From Schizosaccharomyces osmophilus (Eukaryota): a stretch of 64,000 nt of DNA. The notes beneath the pieces are model-generated. The model was not told the DNA's origin and searched no databases. It saw only the letters and a list, made by a program, of their open reading frames with translations. This document shows, piece after piece, positions 62,872 through 64,000 of this stretch; the stretch's first letter is position 1; each line of letters opens with the position of its first letter. The DNA is taken from assembly GCF_027921745.1 (NCBI RefSeq), contig NC_079238.1, positions 620,001-684,000 of the forward strand. The letters run 5' to 3'. The position numbers and the translations under genes were made by a program.

Positions 62872-63354
62872 TCACATTTGTTTCTTTCTTTTCTTTAAAT
62901 CCGTTGGTTTTTTCTTCTCTTCGTGCTTGCCCTGTGCCTTTTGTGCTTTTAATTTCTCCTTTTGTTTAGCTAAACGATTGTCGTCGTCCTTGTTTTTGCA
63001 TGCTTGTTCAAATAGCTTCCAGGTGAAAATTAGTAGTAAGCTTGTTATAGCAAATATAGCCAAGTCAAACGTGAGTAGGGTCAATTGAGAAAGGACGAAA
63101 GTAATAAACATTTTGATAACTATTTCTTTCGGGTTTACATCACAAGGAATCTCTCTATTGATCGAGAAGGGAGACCATTTTACACGTCCTGGAGGACCCA
63201 TTGAAATATGATATTTCGCTTTTTCTCCTTCTTTTGTTTGATAAACATGAAGCAGATTAATCAAACTACCAACGACGATAATTATGAGCCCGATGAGGTC
63301 TTTTCGAGGATCTGAAAGTGTGGCAGTAAAAGAAGCTGGCTGATAATCTTCCAT
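62872..63354 (-). CDS. Small membrane protein with Lys-rich tail, unknown function
   Basis: 160-aa ATG ORF with 2-3 hydrophobic segments, filling the gap between end4 and scn1. Confidence 0.7.
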   Translation of the reverse strand: MEDYQPASFTATLSDPRKDLIGLIIIVVGSLINLLHVYQTKEGEKAKYHISMGPPGRVKWSPFSINREIPCDVNPKEIVIKMFITFVLSQLTLLTFDLAIFAITSLLLIFTWKLFEQACKNKDDDNRLAKQKEKLKAQKAQGKHEEKKKPTDLKKRKKQM

Positions 63355-63663
63355 AACTATTTGTGTTCAAAAAACTTTGTTTTCCTTTTAATTTCCCAAA
63401 AATTTCAAAAAATTCCCTATGACAAGGCAGAATGATGTTGTTGAGTTTTCTACTAAGTTCGACTGACGAAAGATTTACTTATACAAAATCACATAGCCTT
63501 TATACGACTTTAGCCAATTTTTTTTTTTTTTATTCTACAGTTGTTGAAAAGGAGAAGAAAAATAAAAAGAACTATAGTTTAAAAATTTCGAAGAGATTCA
63601 TTCAATTTTTGTTGAAAACATATTTCAATTTACGAAAAAAGTCATTTGGGTTTACTTTCTGAA

Positions 63664-64000
63664 ATGAACTTGAACACGATTCTTGACGCTCATTGCCATC
63701 CAACGGATACTCCAGGAGACCTTCATATCATCCCAGAATTGTCCTTGGGGAAAATAATCATAATGGGCACACGTCCTATGGATCAAGGATATGTTTCAGA
63801 AATAGCAGAAAAGTATCCTGAGAAGGTAATTCCAAGCTTTGGTATCCACCCTTGGTTTTCGTATTTGATATATGACCCTAATGAGTTAACTCAGTCCGAC
63901 GAATCGACCATCAAAGCTGAACATTATAAAAAGATCCTTTCACCGGAACCACCCGGTGACTTTATTCGAGAGTTACCTCAACCTATATCCATTACAACTC
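63664..64000 (+). CDS. scn1: TatD-family protein Scn1, 5' part (runs off the window)
   Basis: MNLNTILDAHCHPTD...IIMGTRPMDQ...PSFGIHPWF. Confidence 0.88.
   Translation, partial: MNLNTILDAHCHPTDTPGDLHIIPELSLGKIIIMGTRPMDQGYVSEIAEKYPEKVIPSFGIHPWFSYLIYDPNELTQSDESTIKAEHYKKILSPEPPGDFIRELPQPISITT

Overview
Eukaryotic, intron-containing fission-yeast DNA (Schizosaccharomyces; the 5S rDNA-linked wtf/wag cassette points to the S. octosporus/osmophilus/cryophilus group rather than S. pombe, but the species cannot be fixed from this window). Most of the window is a conserved block whose gene order matches my recollection of S. pombe chromosome I (SPAC16A10/SPAC589/SPAC688): vps11-like, tRNA-His, rho4, dad1, nse2, taz1, mug74, med13, a small orphan, metaxin, qng1, pho88/snd3, atg18, dam1, Sec14-like, ubiquitin-S31, pth4, cwh43, mis14, AMMECR1, gst3, slx4, rng10, med12, rim2, a GRE2-like reductase, rev3, end4, a membrane orphan and scn1. 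The accessory part is a 4-kb cassette at 3144-7186: 5S rDNA, a 2-exon wag gene, an intact 5-exon wtf meiotic-driver gene, and a damaged 5S rDNA. Highlights: (1) the Wag protein carries Wtf-antidote-like motifs and an intron at a matching position and phase; (2) the orphan at 20780-21411 looks like the split-off N-terminus of Noc1/Mak21; (3) dam1 and the Sec14-like gene have start codons overlapping in one CATG; (4) three long introns hold candidate structured or box C/D RNAs. Exon structures were derived by hand from splice signals and frame continuity. Orthology calls rest on remembered motifs and synteny, not on database searches.
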